A stretch of DNA of 64,000 nucleotides from Clostridia bacterium. GTDB taxonomy: Bacteria; Bacillota; Clostridia; Christensenellales; Borkfalkiaceae. Positions 47,985-57,516 of this stretch are shown here, one piece after another (the first letter of the stretch is position 1; the number at the start of each line of letters is the position of its first letter). The notes beneath the pieces were generated by a model. That model was not told the DNA's origin. It searched no databases and worked only from the letters and a program-made list of their open reading frames with translations. The position numbers were made by a program, and so were the translations under genes. The DNA is taken from NCBI GenBank assembly GCA_029055875.1, contig JAIDCJ010000019.1:26897-90896 (forward strand). The letters run 5' to 3'.

Positions 47985-50213
47985 TTAATTCGCAACCTTC
48001 ATATTTGTTTGTGCATTCGCATCGATACAGGTCGATTTAATAAATTGTTTTATTTTCGTACACTCTGCTGCGATGAAATAGTTGTAACTCTGCATGGCGT
48101 TCTCGATTATCTCTTCAAGGATCCTCACCTTCCTCGCAAAGTCAGCAATCTGCAAAGCTGTAAACGTATCAGAAGGAATTTTACCGCGTAGCACTTGAAT
48201 CTTTGTACCGACTGCAATTTCTTTGTCGCGCTCTGCTTGCTTTGCGGCATCCATGGCCGCATCGCCTTTTTCGTCCTGCTCGGTCTCTTCGCTTTTGATT
48301 GTTTCTTCTATTTCTGCAAGCTGCATACACTCCGCATCGTTCTTCAAAAAGGCAGTTATCTTTACGATATCGTAATGGTTTTTCACCTCATCGAAATTGA
48401 TAAACTCCCGCGCCATTGTACTTGATTTCTCGAGCTTGTAAATCTCTTTTGCTTCGTATAACGGAGTGATTTTAGCACGTATTGGATAGTTGTTAAGACA
48501 GCTTATGATTGCGTTTCCACTAATGCCGTTTGATGGATCATTCAGATGCTCGAGCTCTGAAGGATAGATGAGCGGAACGCTCGTTGCGCTCGTCGATACT
48601 GACATATCCTTATTTTCCGAAAAGCTGACCTGCTTAGTCTTTTTCTTTCCGCACATATCGGAGAACGTCTCGCGGGTTGCGCGATCGTTACTTCCGATGA
48701 AGATTTGTACGTTACAGTTCGAGCGCACCGTGGCCGCAACTTCTTTGCCGTAAATATTGTCGAGCTGGTTGAAGTCTTGTATCACGGGAATCATATAGAT
48801 ATGCCGCGAACGGCCGACGGTAACGATTTTATCAATGTTGTAGAGCTTCGGAAGGTTGCCGAACTCATCCATGATGAAGTACACGCTTCGAAGCAGCTCG
48901 CCCCCTTCCGTTTTGGTCCTTCCGCGTTTTTCATTCTTCCGGGCCTTTTCTACGAGAGCTTTGTACATTTGCGTTATAAATAATGTCACTAGGCGGTGTC
49001 TGTTCGTGCGCTCATCGGGAATCTTCAGAAACAAAGCATTGGGAGCTTCGTCGAACTCGGAAAATTCGAGCTCATTCCCCGACGTGAGCGCCGCGATGCC
49101 GCCATCGGCCATCCAATTCAGATATGAGTTAACGTCTCCGAGATAGCTTGTGAGCGTACGGTCCTGCGAAACAAGCACCTGATTGCTCAGCCCGGGTGCC
49201 CGTGAAGTTTGATCGCGGGTTTCGAAGTATTCCAGGAGCTCGGTGCATTCGCCCTTCGCATAATCCATGACGTTCTTATAAAGGTTGTATAGATTGAACT
49301 TCTCACGCGGCATATAGCCGTCGCGCACGTCTTCCCAAAACGCAAGGGAAAGTGCGAAAAGAAGATCCCGCGCACCGCGCTGCCATCCCGGATCGTTTTT
49401 ACTCTCAATCGGACACATGGTATATATCAGATCTTGCAAGTCAAGATATATCTCGTCTTTGAGCTCAATTCCCCTCTGAGCGCGGGCCGCGTTCGCTTCT
49501 TTCTCTGTCAGGTATTCGACGTCATCGTAATAGTACTTCCCCGCACGCTGCACTACTTTTTCAAATTGCATTTTGTCGGTCTTATTCCATATATCATTGA
49601 ATGGATTCCACTTGGTGGAACGGTAAATATCTGCAAGATCGATTATGGAAACGTTGTAGCCTTCACGTTTCAATGTTGCCGCGTGTTTTCCGTAAAGCTC
49701 GCCTTTGGGGTCCGTAATAACCATCGAAGGCTTTGTCTTTGTACGAGCTAGGATTTCGATTGTCGGTGAGACGAACGCCGTTGTCTTACCTGTTCCCGTG
49801 GCGCCGATAGCAAGCGTATGTATCGGCTGCTTCAAAACGACGTCAATATCGCCTTTTCGCATTTCTGCATGGATAGGTATTCCGTCCGCGACTTCGGAAA
49901 GTTTGGAAAACTTCACCATAGTATATCCGTCGTTGCGTTCGATCTCTTTCTTAGACATGAAATGCGAGTCTTCCAAATCGACGTTGACTTTGAGAACCCG
50001 CTTGCTGCCCCGCACCCTGTAATCTATCAGAAGGAACAAGCCGCCCAGCAAGATGAGCGAGATCCACATGATATATAAAATCCATCCATGGAAAACAGCG
50101 GCAAACGATGCACGCTGCACTACGGTGAGAATGAGAGCACAAGCAATCAAAAGAGCAGCGGCCCCTAAGCCCACAAATAAAATTTTCAAATACGGCTTTT
50201 TCTTTTTATCCAT
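47985..50213 (-). CDS. type IV coupling protein (VirD4/TraG family)
   Basis: Two N-terminal TMs, Walker A GATGTGKTT, Walker B FIMDEFGNL. GAGGG RBS before ATG 50213. Confidence 0.85.
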   Translation of the reverse strand: MDKKKKPYLKILFVGLGAAALLIACALILTVVQRASFAAVFHGWILYIMWISLILLGGLFLLIDYRVRGSKRVLKVNVDLEDSHFMSKKEIERNDGYTMVKFSKLSEVADGIPIHAEMRKGDIDVVLKQPIHTLAIGATGTGKTTAFVSPTIEILARTKTKPSMVITDPKGELYGKHAATLKREGYNVSIIDLADIYRSTKWNPFNDIWNKTDKMQFEKVVQRAGKYYYDDVEYLTEKEANAARAQRGIELKDEIYLDLQDLIYTMCPIESKNDPGWQRGARDLLFALSLAFWEDVRDGYMPREKFNLYNLYKNVMDYAKGECTELLEYFETRDQTSRAPGLSNQVLVSQDRTLTSYLGDVNSYLNWMADGGIAALTSGNELEFSEFDEAPNALFLKIPDERTNRHRLVTLFITQMYKALVEKARKNEKRGRTKTEGGELLRSVYFIMDEFGNLPKLYNIDKIVTVGRSRHIYMIPVIQDFNQLDNIYGKEVAATVRSNCNVQIFIGSNDRATRETFSDMCGKKKTKQVSFSENKDMSVSTSATSVPLIYPSELEHLNDPSNGISGNAIISCLNNYPIRAKITPLYEAKEIYKLEKSSTMAREFINFDEVKNHYDIVKITAFLKNDAECMQLAEIEETIKSEETEQDEKGDAAMDAAKQAERDKEIAVGTKIQVLRGKIPSDTFTALQIADFARKVRILEEIIENAMQSYNYFIAAECTKIKQFIKSTCIDANAQTNMKVAN

Positions 50214-50221
50214 ACGGCCCT

Positions 50222-50578
50222 CTATATCCCCAACAACGTCGCTGCAACAAGCAATGCGACAAGGTAAAACGGGATAACCAATTTCAAAGCCCAATACGTG
50301 ATTTTTTCGGTTGGAGATATGTACCGGATTTCATCATCTTCGGTCATGAGCTTTTCGCTCTTGCGCCGAGCTTTGAAATGAGTGATGCGAACAAACAAAT
50401 CCAATGCAGGAAAGAAGCCCGCACCCACCATTAGTCCCGCAACTGCATCTTGGGAAAGTGATTTCGCAAGCGCAACGTTGATTATCACGGCGGCCACAAT
50501 GCAATAACCAATGGAAGCCCGCAATAACGTCATGCCCGTTTTATCGTCATATCTGCACTTGTATTTTGATTTCTTCAT
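50222..50578 (-). CDS. small membrane protein (three TM), unknown
   Basis: GGGGG RBS before ATG 50578. The longer ORF would begin inside the palindrome pair. Confidence 0.4.
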   Translation of the reverse strand: MKKSKYKCRYDDKTGMTLLRASIGYCIVAAVIINVALAKSLSQDAVAGLMVGAGFFPALDLFVRITHFKARRKSEKLMTEDDEIRYISPTEKITYWALKLVIPFYLVALLVAATLLGI

Positions 50579-50588
50579 ATTGCCCCCA

Positions 50589-50611
50589 TGTACGTACACG
50601 CCGTACGTACA
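50589..50611. promoter_or_regulatory. GTACGTAC tandem pair (e), 3 nt after the relaxase stop
   Basis: TGTACGTACA-cgc-CGTACGTACA. Confidence 0.7.
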
Positions 50612-50613
50612 AA

Positions 50614-51933
50614 TTAACGCTTCCCGTAGAGCTTTTCAATTTCCTGCTCGCGTTCGATTTCCTGTACGGATTTCAAGAAGTTGTCCTGCGTGTGCCGGCT
50701 CATGCTGGCGAATATCTTTGCAGCGCCTTGCAGGATGCTCTCCCGGCGACGTCGTTTATTCTTGGCCCGAACTTTCCGCATACGGCCTTTATTCCTAAAC
50801 CGTCTTCGAAGTTCCATTTTATCTGCCCTATCTATCTGCCGACAAATAGCGATAACTGCGTTTCCAACGCGGGCGCGATAGTCGTCCTTCAAACGGTCCA
50901 AGTAATCGACTTGGCTCATATCGAGATAGCTGACCGGCATTTCTTTGTTTCTTGTGTCTCCCTGCATGATGCGGTGCATCTCATCAGCCGTTAAACGTTT
51001 GCCGTTTACGTAGCCGAGCTTGTTCTCAAGCGCGAGCTTCTTGACCTCGCCTTCGATGCGTGCAAACTGCTGCATCATAGCTTTGTAGGCCTCATCTGAT
51101 TCCGGATCGGAAGCTATTAGAAGTGCGCCAACGCGGTCGATAATAGGCCGCAGGTCCTTCATGTTTTCTGCGTTGTATTGCAAACGGCCTTCTTTCGGTA
51201 GCTTTTCTGCAAGCTCGCGCAGCGCCTTGACGACGGTGCGCGGCGTGCCCTTTGCGCCTTTTTCTTTGATTTCTCCGCGCAGCTCCTTCAGGCGCCCGAG
51301 CGCGCGATCGCGCGCGGAATAGTATTCATCCGCGTGCTCATCAAGGTGCATATTCGCGGAGACAAGGTAGTTATCAATCGCACGGGAATCAATGTTCCCG
51401 CGCCAGGTATAACCGAGCACGCCGTTCTTGTTCCGTCTCTTCGGCTCTTTTTCGAAGAAAGCAAAGTGAATATGACGATTGTCGGTATCGTCATGCAGCG
51501 CCGCGTAAAGCTCGATGTTTTTCGGATCCAAGTGCGTACGTGCAAGGAACGAAGGAAAAGTCTGCCGCAAGAATTTAATCGCATTCTCCTGCGTATCGAA
51601 GCCCTTGCTGGTTTCTTCATCGAACGATATAAAGCCGTGCCAAATAGTGCTTTCCGTCTCTTTGAGCTTTGCGCGGAGCTCTTCAACCTGTTCGCTAGTC
51701 ATGGCACCTTCTAGATTAAAAAGCCCGGCATTCGTATTCGAACGCGTAAAATAATCCTCTGCCGTAGCGTTCTTGACGACTTTGGATCCATTCAAAGCGT
51801 AGGAAAAGAAATTGTAGTCTGCCGTCAAGTTATAAAACTGACGACGGCCTACGTATTCGGCGCGCGCATCCCCGCGAAGATTTGCGGGTGGCCGCGCAGA
51901 TGTGTATGCGATGTTGAAAATTGCTTTGGGCAT
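50614..51933 (-). CDS. relaxase, MOBP-like
   Basis: LHDDTDNRHIHFAF matches HxDxD(H/N)xHxH. Tyr-containing N-terminus. Follows a MobC-like gene and the oriT-like region. Confidence 0.7.
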   Translation of the reverse strand: MPKAIFNIAYTSARPPANLRGDARAEYVGRRQFYNLTADYNFFSYALNGSKVVKNATAEDYFTRSNTNAGLFNLEGAMTSEQVEELRAKLKETESTIWHGFISFDEETSKGFDTQENAIKFLRQTFPSFLARTHLDPKNIELYAALHDDTDNRHIHFAFFEKEPKRRNKNGVLGYTWRGNIDSRAIDNYLVSANMHLDEHADEYYSARDRALGRLKELRGEIKEKGAKGTPRTVVKALRELAEKLPKEGRLQYNAENMKDLRPIIDRVGALLIASDPESDEAYKAMMQQFARIEGEVKKLALENKLGYVNGKRLTADEMHRIMQGDTRNKEMPVSYLDMSQVDYLDRLKDDYRARVGNAVIAICRQIDRADKMELRRRFRNKGRMRKVRAKNKRRRRESILQGAAKIFASMSRHTQDNFLKSVQEIEREQEIEKLYGKR

Positions 51934-52404
51934 TTATTTATCCTCGTTCTTTTTTTTCATCTGAGCGATGAGCTCGTCCTTAACCAGCTGGAAGTCTTTG
52001 GGAAGCTGGGCGTAATAGCCGACGTCCATAAGCTCGGCGCTCACCTCTTCCCCCCGGATGCGGGCGTGCTCGATGTTGTAGAGTGAAGAAAGCATCGTTT
52101 CAAGCACGCTCAGCATGACGAAAATATCGTCCACCGTCAAGGAAGTCCTTTTCTCATGGCGTGAGAGCTCATCGAGCTTGGTTTTCAGATTTTCCCCCGT
52201 AGGCTCATCTTTTCCCAAGGACCTGCGCTTTCCGAAGTTCGCGTAAATTTCCTCAGCGCCGATTTTCACCGCGCGGCCGAGAAGGTCGTTCATGCTTTCG
52301 AATTGGTTTGTCGCATAAAGCTCTTCAAGCGTTATCAAAACGTCCTCGTTGTATATTCGAAGCGGAAACTGATTCCTTCGTTTTTGTGTTTTCTGCTCTT
52401 TCAT
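51934..52404 (-). CDS. relaxosome accessory protein candidate (MobC-like)
   Basis: Basic N-terminus with a possible RHH. Its stop abuts the relaxase ATG (TAAATG). Confidence 0.35.
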   Translation of the reverse strand: MKEQKTQKRRNQFPLRIYNEDVLITLEELYATNQFESMNDLLGRAVKIGAEEIYANFGKRRSLGKDEPTGENLKTKLDELSRHEKRTSLTVDDIFVMLSVLETMLSSLYNIEHARIRGEEVSAELMDVGYYAQLPKDFQLVKDELIAQMKKKNEDK

Positions 52405-52447
52405 AGCTCTCCTTGTGCTCTCGGAAAAATGGTTTCCATTTTGTCCC

Positions 52448-52593
52448 GCAGAAGTGACTCACCCTGAGTCTCTTCTGCACCCCAGGTGAGTCACTTGTTT
52501 ATATACTTCGTATATAAGCAGCTGAAAAATCAGCCAAGTGAGTCACCTCTTATCCTGCTTCACCTCGGAACGTGGTTTTTTTACGTTCCGAGG
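52448..52593 (+). promoter_or_regulatory. candidate oriT
   Basis: - 12 bp inverted repeat AAGTGACTCACC / GGTGAGTCACTT at 52452 and 52485.
- Third copy at 52536.
- TATCCTGC at 52551-52558.
- 11 bp hairpin at 52563-52593. Confidence 0.5.
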
Positions 52594-52694
52594 AGCGGAA
52601 TTACTATTCCGAACCCCTGCGGAACGCAGTTCAAATATGGAGCGAAGCTCTACCGATTTTCACGGCGCCACAGCGCCGAAATAAGGTTTTGATT

Positions 52695-55600
52695 TTAATG
52701 TCCTTTGCCATTGCTCGGACCTTTAGACGGGCCCCTAAAGGCCCCGCCTTGCCCTTGACCGATTCGGGTTGTTAGTCCTTTACACGCAGCGGCCACGGAC
52801 CGCTGCAAATAAGGTTCGCCCTTTTCAGGACGGTATAGGCCGGACGTTCGGAAGATGCGCGCCATCTGTTCTTGGTTGCCGTCGGTGAAGAAGGCAAGCA
52901 TATTCAGAAGGCGGTAGTCGCTACGGCTGTGATCGTTTGCTAAATTCTCACCGGCCATAAGCGCATCGAACTCAGGACCTTTTTTTGACTTTCGGATGCG
53001 GTCAATGATTTCTTGATCGCTCCCCTCTACGCTCTTGTTCGGTGTGAACGTCTGTTGCGGTGCACGTTCGCCAAGGGTGCGGCGCAGCCAGGCTTTCGTT
53101 GTCTGAGGTGTTTTGCCAAGTGTATGTACGTTTGTACGTACGTTTCCCGTCATCGAAATGAAGCGACCGCTATCATAGACCTCAATTTCACCGTCCGCAG
53201 TCTCTGTACGGTTCTTTATCTTCCCGCCAACGAGAATGTCGTCCTTCAAGAAGATATGGATGCCGTTCCCGGATGCGGACGTTTCGGTGTATGTCTCAGA
53301 AATCTCTGAGGTGAGTTTCTGAGCGGTTTCTGTCAGCTTACCGTCTTTATCGATGCACTTATCGAGATCGATACAGGAAATGCCGTTTGCAGCATCGAGC
53401 GCGAACGCAAGCCCTTCGGCGCCGTGTTCGAGCGCGTACTGCTTGGCCGTTTCGAAGTCGGTCCATTTCGAAGGATCATTTGATTTGGCCCACTTACCGT
53501 CAACCGGAGAAACGATCGTCTTGTCCTTTTTGCCCTTCTCGGCGTTCCATTTCGTATGGAACACGCACCAGTTTGGCAGAGCCTTCATTTCTTCCGGAAC
53601 GTTGGCGGTGAGCCTATCCATAGCCTCAACCGACCGACGACTCGGTGCGGTCCGCTGCGCGCTCTTGCCGACTTCTTTGCCTTCGAAGGCGGCGCGCAGT
53701 TCCGATCCGCTCAGCTTTACTTCCCTTCCGTCATTGCGGATAGTGTATTCAGAATTTGCATCGACAGACAACTTCATCGAGCCTTCTTTCTCTCCCGGCT
53801 TTAACCAGGCTTTGGGAACGAAAAGCACAAAATGAGAATATTCCCCCTGCGGGAGCTTTATCATGCGGTTCTTGCTTTCGCCTTCGGCGCCGAGCAGTTC
53901 GGCGGGAATATCGAGGTTCAGCCACTCACGGCCATTTTTCGGCACGTTCGCTTCGAAATTCGGCTTCTGAGGGGCATCTTCGGCGCTTTCGGATATTTTC
54001 TCAGCATCGTCTTCTTGCATTCTTAAATCGTTATTTTTCAAGCCCAAATACTGAATTAGCTTTTCAGTAGTAGGATTTGCTCCCCCGGTAAAAAGATTTT
54101 CTGTACGGGTCTCCCAATACCAACCTTCCGGCATTTCAGCGCCATCAAACGTGTCATTCATATTCCCGGTCATGAAAGCTCGAACATTCTCTGCGGTTTC
54201 TTCAGACGTCGCACCGGTGAGCTTGTAAACGAAGTATGTTTTATTTGCTGCGAAGGCGCCGTCCTGAACATCGAGCTCAGGATTGAAGTCCGGATCCTCT
54301 GCGCTAAGCTGTGCTGCCGTATAAACAGTATTTTCTTCTTTTAACCCCTTCCAGTTATATACGACACCATAAAGCGGAGATTGTAGGAGTTCTTCAGCCT
54401 CAATGTCATCGTGCAACGGTATTTCCGCATCATGAGCTTTTATCTCTTCCGGCGTTAAAGGCATATTGTCTTTGTAATCAGAGAACGGCGACGTTGTATT
54501 TAGAACGTGGCGTGCTTGGTCCACGTACTCACCTACGGATTTCTGGTCTTCTTGAGATAATGCAGCATAGTCCGATACTTCCATGTGGCGCTTGAAATAT
54601 TCAAGTGCAGCTTCGGCCTCTGCGCGCGCTTGAGGCTCCAGGAATGTGTCATTCTTTAGGAACTCGTCTATGTGATGCACTAAACCACCACCTTCAATTC
54701 CAATATCGAACCTGCAATTTTCATAGCAATCGGGCTTCCCTTCGAAAACAAAGTCAATATGTAACTTCGTTTTGTAATACCCTCGTTCACGATCGGACTC
54801 TGCATCAAGCTGCTTTAGCTTTTTATCTGCCTCAGACAATGACATGACGTCATATTGTTCGATATTAGGGAACCCGCCCGACTTTTCCGTCCATTCAACC
54901 GTAACATGGGGCTCACCGGTCTCTGCCGCAAGGCGCCGAGCTGCAGCTCGAGCGTTCGCTAATCTCTGCGCAGCCGTCTCTCCGGTAAAAGCGGAATAAA
55001 TATCCTTATACGAAGTGTTGGTTAATTCCGAAAGATGCAAAAAGGCACGCTCACGAATAACCGAATCTTCGCCGAGCATTCCATATACGGAAATAGGATT
55101 TGGACGGTTTACTTCTTCCCACAAGTCTTTGAACGTGGCTTTAGGATGAATAGATTGTCCGGCTTCGTCGTTTGGATAGGCTTTTGAATACCACTCTTTG
55201 ATATTCTCGTTTAATCCTTGTGCATCATTGGAAGAATTTTCTGAAATTTTTTCGGCAGAAGGCTTGACAAATGCGCGAGATTTACGTATAATAATATCAG
55301 AGTCAAGGCTTGCCATAACGTCGGGGAATTGGACCCCGGGGTTCACCGACAAGGCTTGGCTTTTTTCTTTGTTGTAATAGAGCACATTGCCCTTTTCGAT
55401 ATTGCGCTCAATAAATGCTTGGAAATTATCCTTTCCGTAAGCGCTCGTAAGGATGTTCGCATCTATAACTCGATTATCACGTCTGCCGAACCCATTCAGC
55501 TTTATCGCTCCGATAACGGGGCGATTTTCTTTATCAATCGATTCAGTCACTACAACTATGCTGTCATCCCGCGTAAGACTATCCATAATCATCACGGGCT

Positions 55601-56864
55601 CTGAAAGGAGACCAGGAAGCTGCTTTACCGTTTCAGCTTCAAGTCCATGATAATTTTCTTCCCCATCGCCCTCTTCCTGCATAATGCTCTTCAGGTGCTT
55701 TGCCGTCATGAGAATAGGAAGATTAGGAAGCCCGACGTCTTGGAGAATCTGAGGTGTCGTAGGCAAAACTTCAAGATGCGAATTTGTTGTGTCTGCGCCG
55801 CTCAGAACTCTATCAACTTGGTCCGCGAACGACACGTTGCGCTCGAACACGGGCATAGCTTCGCTTTCGTTGGAATGATTTTTTTCTTGTGCACTCTCTT
55901 CTGCACGTTCGGCTTGAAGGTAATGCTCTGCAACGTAGTCGGAAATCTTCTCTGCATCACGCGCAGCTGCGAAAAATTCCTTTGTATCTTCGCGGACCGC
56001 TTTTAACCAAGACGTCAGATAAGCGCCATGATTTTCAAAGTGGTGGCCGTCGATCGTGATGCCGAGCTCTGTTTGCATGAATACGCTGGCGAGCTCGGCG
56101 CGCAGCTCCTCTTTCGCATAGTCTTCTGTTCCGAAGATTCCTTTAAGATCTCGATTAAGGCGGCTTTCGTGGCCGGTGCTGTGCGCAATCTCATGCAGCG
56201 CGGTGGCATAATAGTCCTGCATCGATTTGAAGTCTTCGATCTTCGGAAGATGTATCTCATCAAGTGAAGGACTGTAATAAGCCTTCGAACCGCCGTAAGA
56301 AATGGGCGCAGCGCTGTTCTTGATTACTTGCTCGATTAAAGCGTTCTGACGTGCACGTTCCTCGGCCGCCATCTCCGGCGTGAGCTCTTCCTTCTTCCGT
56401 TCCGGGAAGTTATCGCATTGCTCGGCATTGAATACTTGATAGAACTTGAGCACCAGGCGCACGTTCTCTTCGAAGTATTTCATTTTTTCTTCTTGTGTCA
56501 TCCCTTCGACGGTTTTCTCATCGAAGGGTTTTTTCGTAAGTTTATCGTATTGGGACCAATAGGAAATTTCCCGCGCCTTTTCCCCGCGTTTGACGTGCGC
56601 GCCGAGCTCATGCGCCTGGTTAAACGTTACCCAGCGGTTATCGGTATAGCCCATCTTTGCAGAAACCATCATCAGATAAAGCAGATTGATCCCCCGATAC
56701 GGTTTCCCGGTGGAACCGTTCATAGGGATCTCGGATGCAGACTTATACCAGCCGCGTTCCCACTCGGCAGAGTTGTTTTGAATGAAATCGAGCATGGTGT
56801 TCACCATTTCGTTACGTTTGGCCTCTACCTTCTCACGGTAGCTCATCGGTTCTTTCTCGCTCAT
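52695..56864 (-). CDS. polyvalent protein: ArdC-like (ssDNA-binding plus HExxH) N-terminus, ~750 aa unassigned middle, Prim-Pol plus PriCT-like C-terminus
   Basis: - PYRGINLLYL..RWVTFNQA (ArdC N-terminal domain).
- LHEIAHSTGH.
- C-terminal IDLD and SASGNGIHIF primase-polymerase motifs.
- SDYRLLNMLAFF helical domain. Confidence 0.8.
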   Translation of the reverse strand: MSEKEPMSYREKVEAKRNEMVNTMLDFIQNNSAEWERGWYKSASEIPMNGSTGKPYRGINLLYLMMVSAKMGYTDNRWVTFNQAHELGAHVKRGEKAREISYWSQYDKLTKKPFDEKTVEGMTQEEKMKYFEENVRLVLKFYQVFNAEQCDNFPERKKEELTPEMAAEERARQNALIEQVIKNSAAPISYGGSKAYYSPSLDEIHLPKIEDFKSMQDYYATALHEIAHSTGHESRLNRDLKGIFGTEDYAKEELRAELASVFMQTELGITIDGHHFENHGAYLTSWLKAVREDTKEFFAAARDAEKISDYVAEHYLQAERAEESAQEKNHSNESEAMPVFERNVSFADQVDRVLSGADTTNSHLEVLPTTPQILQDVGLPNLPILMTAKHLKSIMQEEGDGEENYHGLEAETVKQLPGLLSEPVMIMDSLTRDDSIVVVTESIDKENRPVIGAIKLNGFGRRDNRVIDANILTSAYGKDNFQAFIERNIEKGNVLYYNKEKSQALSVNPGVQFPDVMASLDSDIIIRKSRAFVKPSAEKISENSSNDAQGLNENIKEWYSKAYPNDEAGQSIHPKATFKDLWEEVNRPNPISVYGMLGEDSVIRERAFLHLSELTNTSYKDIYSAFTGETAAQRLANARAAARRLAAETGEPHVTVEWTEKSGGFPNIEQYDVMSLSEADKKLKQLDAESDRERGYYKTKLHIDFVFEGKPDCYENCRFDIGIEGGGLVHHIDEFLKNDTFLEPQARAEAEAALEYFKRHMEVSDYAALSQEDQKSVGEYVDQARHVLNTTSPFSDYKDNMPLTPEEIKAHDAEIPLHDDIEAEELLQSPLYGVVYNWKGLKEENTVYTAAQLSAEDPDFNPELDVQDGAFAANKTYFVYKLTGATSEETAENVRAFMTGNMNDTFDGAEMPEGWYWETRTENLFTGGANPTTEKLIQYLGLKNNDLRMQEDDAEKISESAEDAPQKPNFEANVPKNGREWLNLDIPAELLGAEGESKNRMIKLPQGEYSHFVLFVPKAWLKPGEKEGSMKLSVDANSEYTIRNDGREVKLSGSELRAAFEGKEVGKSAQRTAPSRRSVEAMDRLTANVPEEMKALPNWCVFHTKWNAEKGKKDKTIVSPVDGKWAKSNDPSKWTDFETAKQYALEHGAEGLAFALDAANGISCIDLDKCIDKDGKLTETAQKLTSEISETYTETSASGNGIHIFLKDDILVGGKIKNRTETADGEIEVYDSGRFISMTGNVRTNVHTLGKTPQTTKAWLRRTLGERAPQQTFTPNKSVEGSDQEIIDRIRKSKKGPEFDALMAGENLANDHSRSDYRLLNMLAFFTDGNQEQMARIFRTSGLYRPEKGEPYLQRSVAAACKGLTTRIGQGQGGAFRGPSKGPSNGKGH
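53121..53142. promoter_or_regulatory. degenerate GTACGTAC pair (f) inside the primase coding region
   Basis: GTATGTAC-gttt-GTACGTAC. Lies at the Prim-Pol / PriCT-like domain boundary (encodes NVRTNVH). Confidence 0.4.
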
Positions 56865-56874
56865 ATACTTTTCC

Positions 56875-57084
56875 TCATTCGTCGGTTTCTATCAGATACT
56901 CTTCGGAAGGATCCTCTTGCGGAAGTTCCGAAGCTGGAGTTGCCCGACAACCGAAATATTCTTCCGCAGCTTCGATGATGCTCTTCCCTTCCGCTCGCGG
57001 GATTGTTATTTGCGGCTGCGATTGTTCGTTAGACATAAGCTCATCGAACCCGGGCCCTTTCTTTGATTTCAAAATTTCACTCAT
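56875..57084 (-). CDS. small acidic protein; the N-terminus duplicates a PriCT-flanking segment of the primase
   Basis: ILKSKKGPGFDELM versus IRKSKKGPEFDALM in the large ORF. The start overlaps the upstream ORF by 8 nt. Confidence 0.35.
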   Translation of the reverse strand: MSEILKSKKGPGFDELMSNEQSQPQITIPRAEGKSIIEAAEEYFGCRATPASELPQEDPSEEYLIETDE

Positions 57085-57286
57085 AATCCCCCCCTACATC
57101 CTGTGTTTGTTCCATATCGGGCCAAATACCCCATTTGCTTATATCTGCCTCACCCGTAACGCGCCATCCGATTCCTAGCACAATCGAAAGTATCATCAAT
57201 GCACCCATCAACCCAAGACAGAATTTTCCCCATATGTCTTTTATGAACGTCCAAAAGACATACATTATTGCTTTGAAAGTTTCCAT
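57077..57286 (-). CDS. small single-TM protein
   Basis: AAGGAG RBS 7 nt before the ATG. One hydrophobic helix. Confidence 0.4.
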   Translation of the reverse strand: METFKAIMYVFWTFIKDIWGKFCLGLMGALMILSIVLGIGWRVTGEADISKWGIWPDMEQTQDVGGDYE

Positions 57287-57516
57287 TTACTTCTCCTTTG
57301 ACACTCTAGGCGGGGCAACTACGTTTCCCCGCACCCTTTCCTCGGAAAACACAAAAGAAAGATAGATTTCAGACAAATGTTTCATGCACGGTTTTGCATA
57401 AATATACATTCGGGCCATGCCCTACGCGCGGGTGCGCGGTTTGTATAAATAATCTCTCTGAAATATCTCTCTTGTGCTCTCACAGAGTTAGATATAATTA
57501 TATATGGTGGTAAAAT

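Noticed and set aside
52486-52775. Two + strand ORFs (68 and 67 aa) in the oriT-like spacer.
   Set aside because: They overlap the inverted repeats and hairpins and run antisense into the primase 3' end. They have no RBS. The region is better explained as cis-acting DNA.
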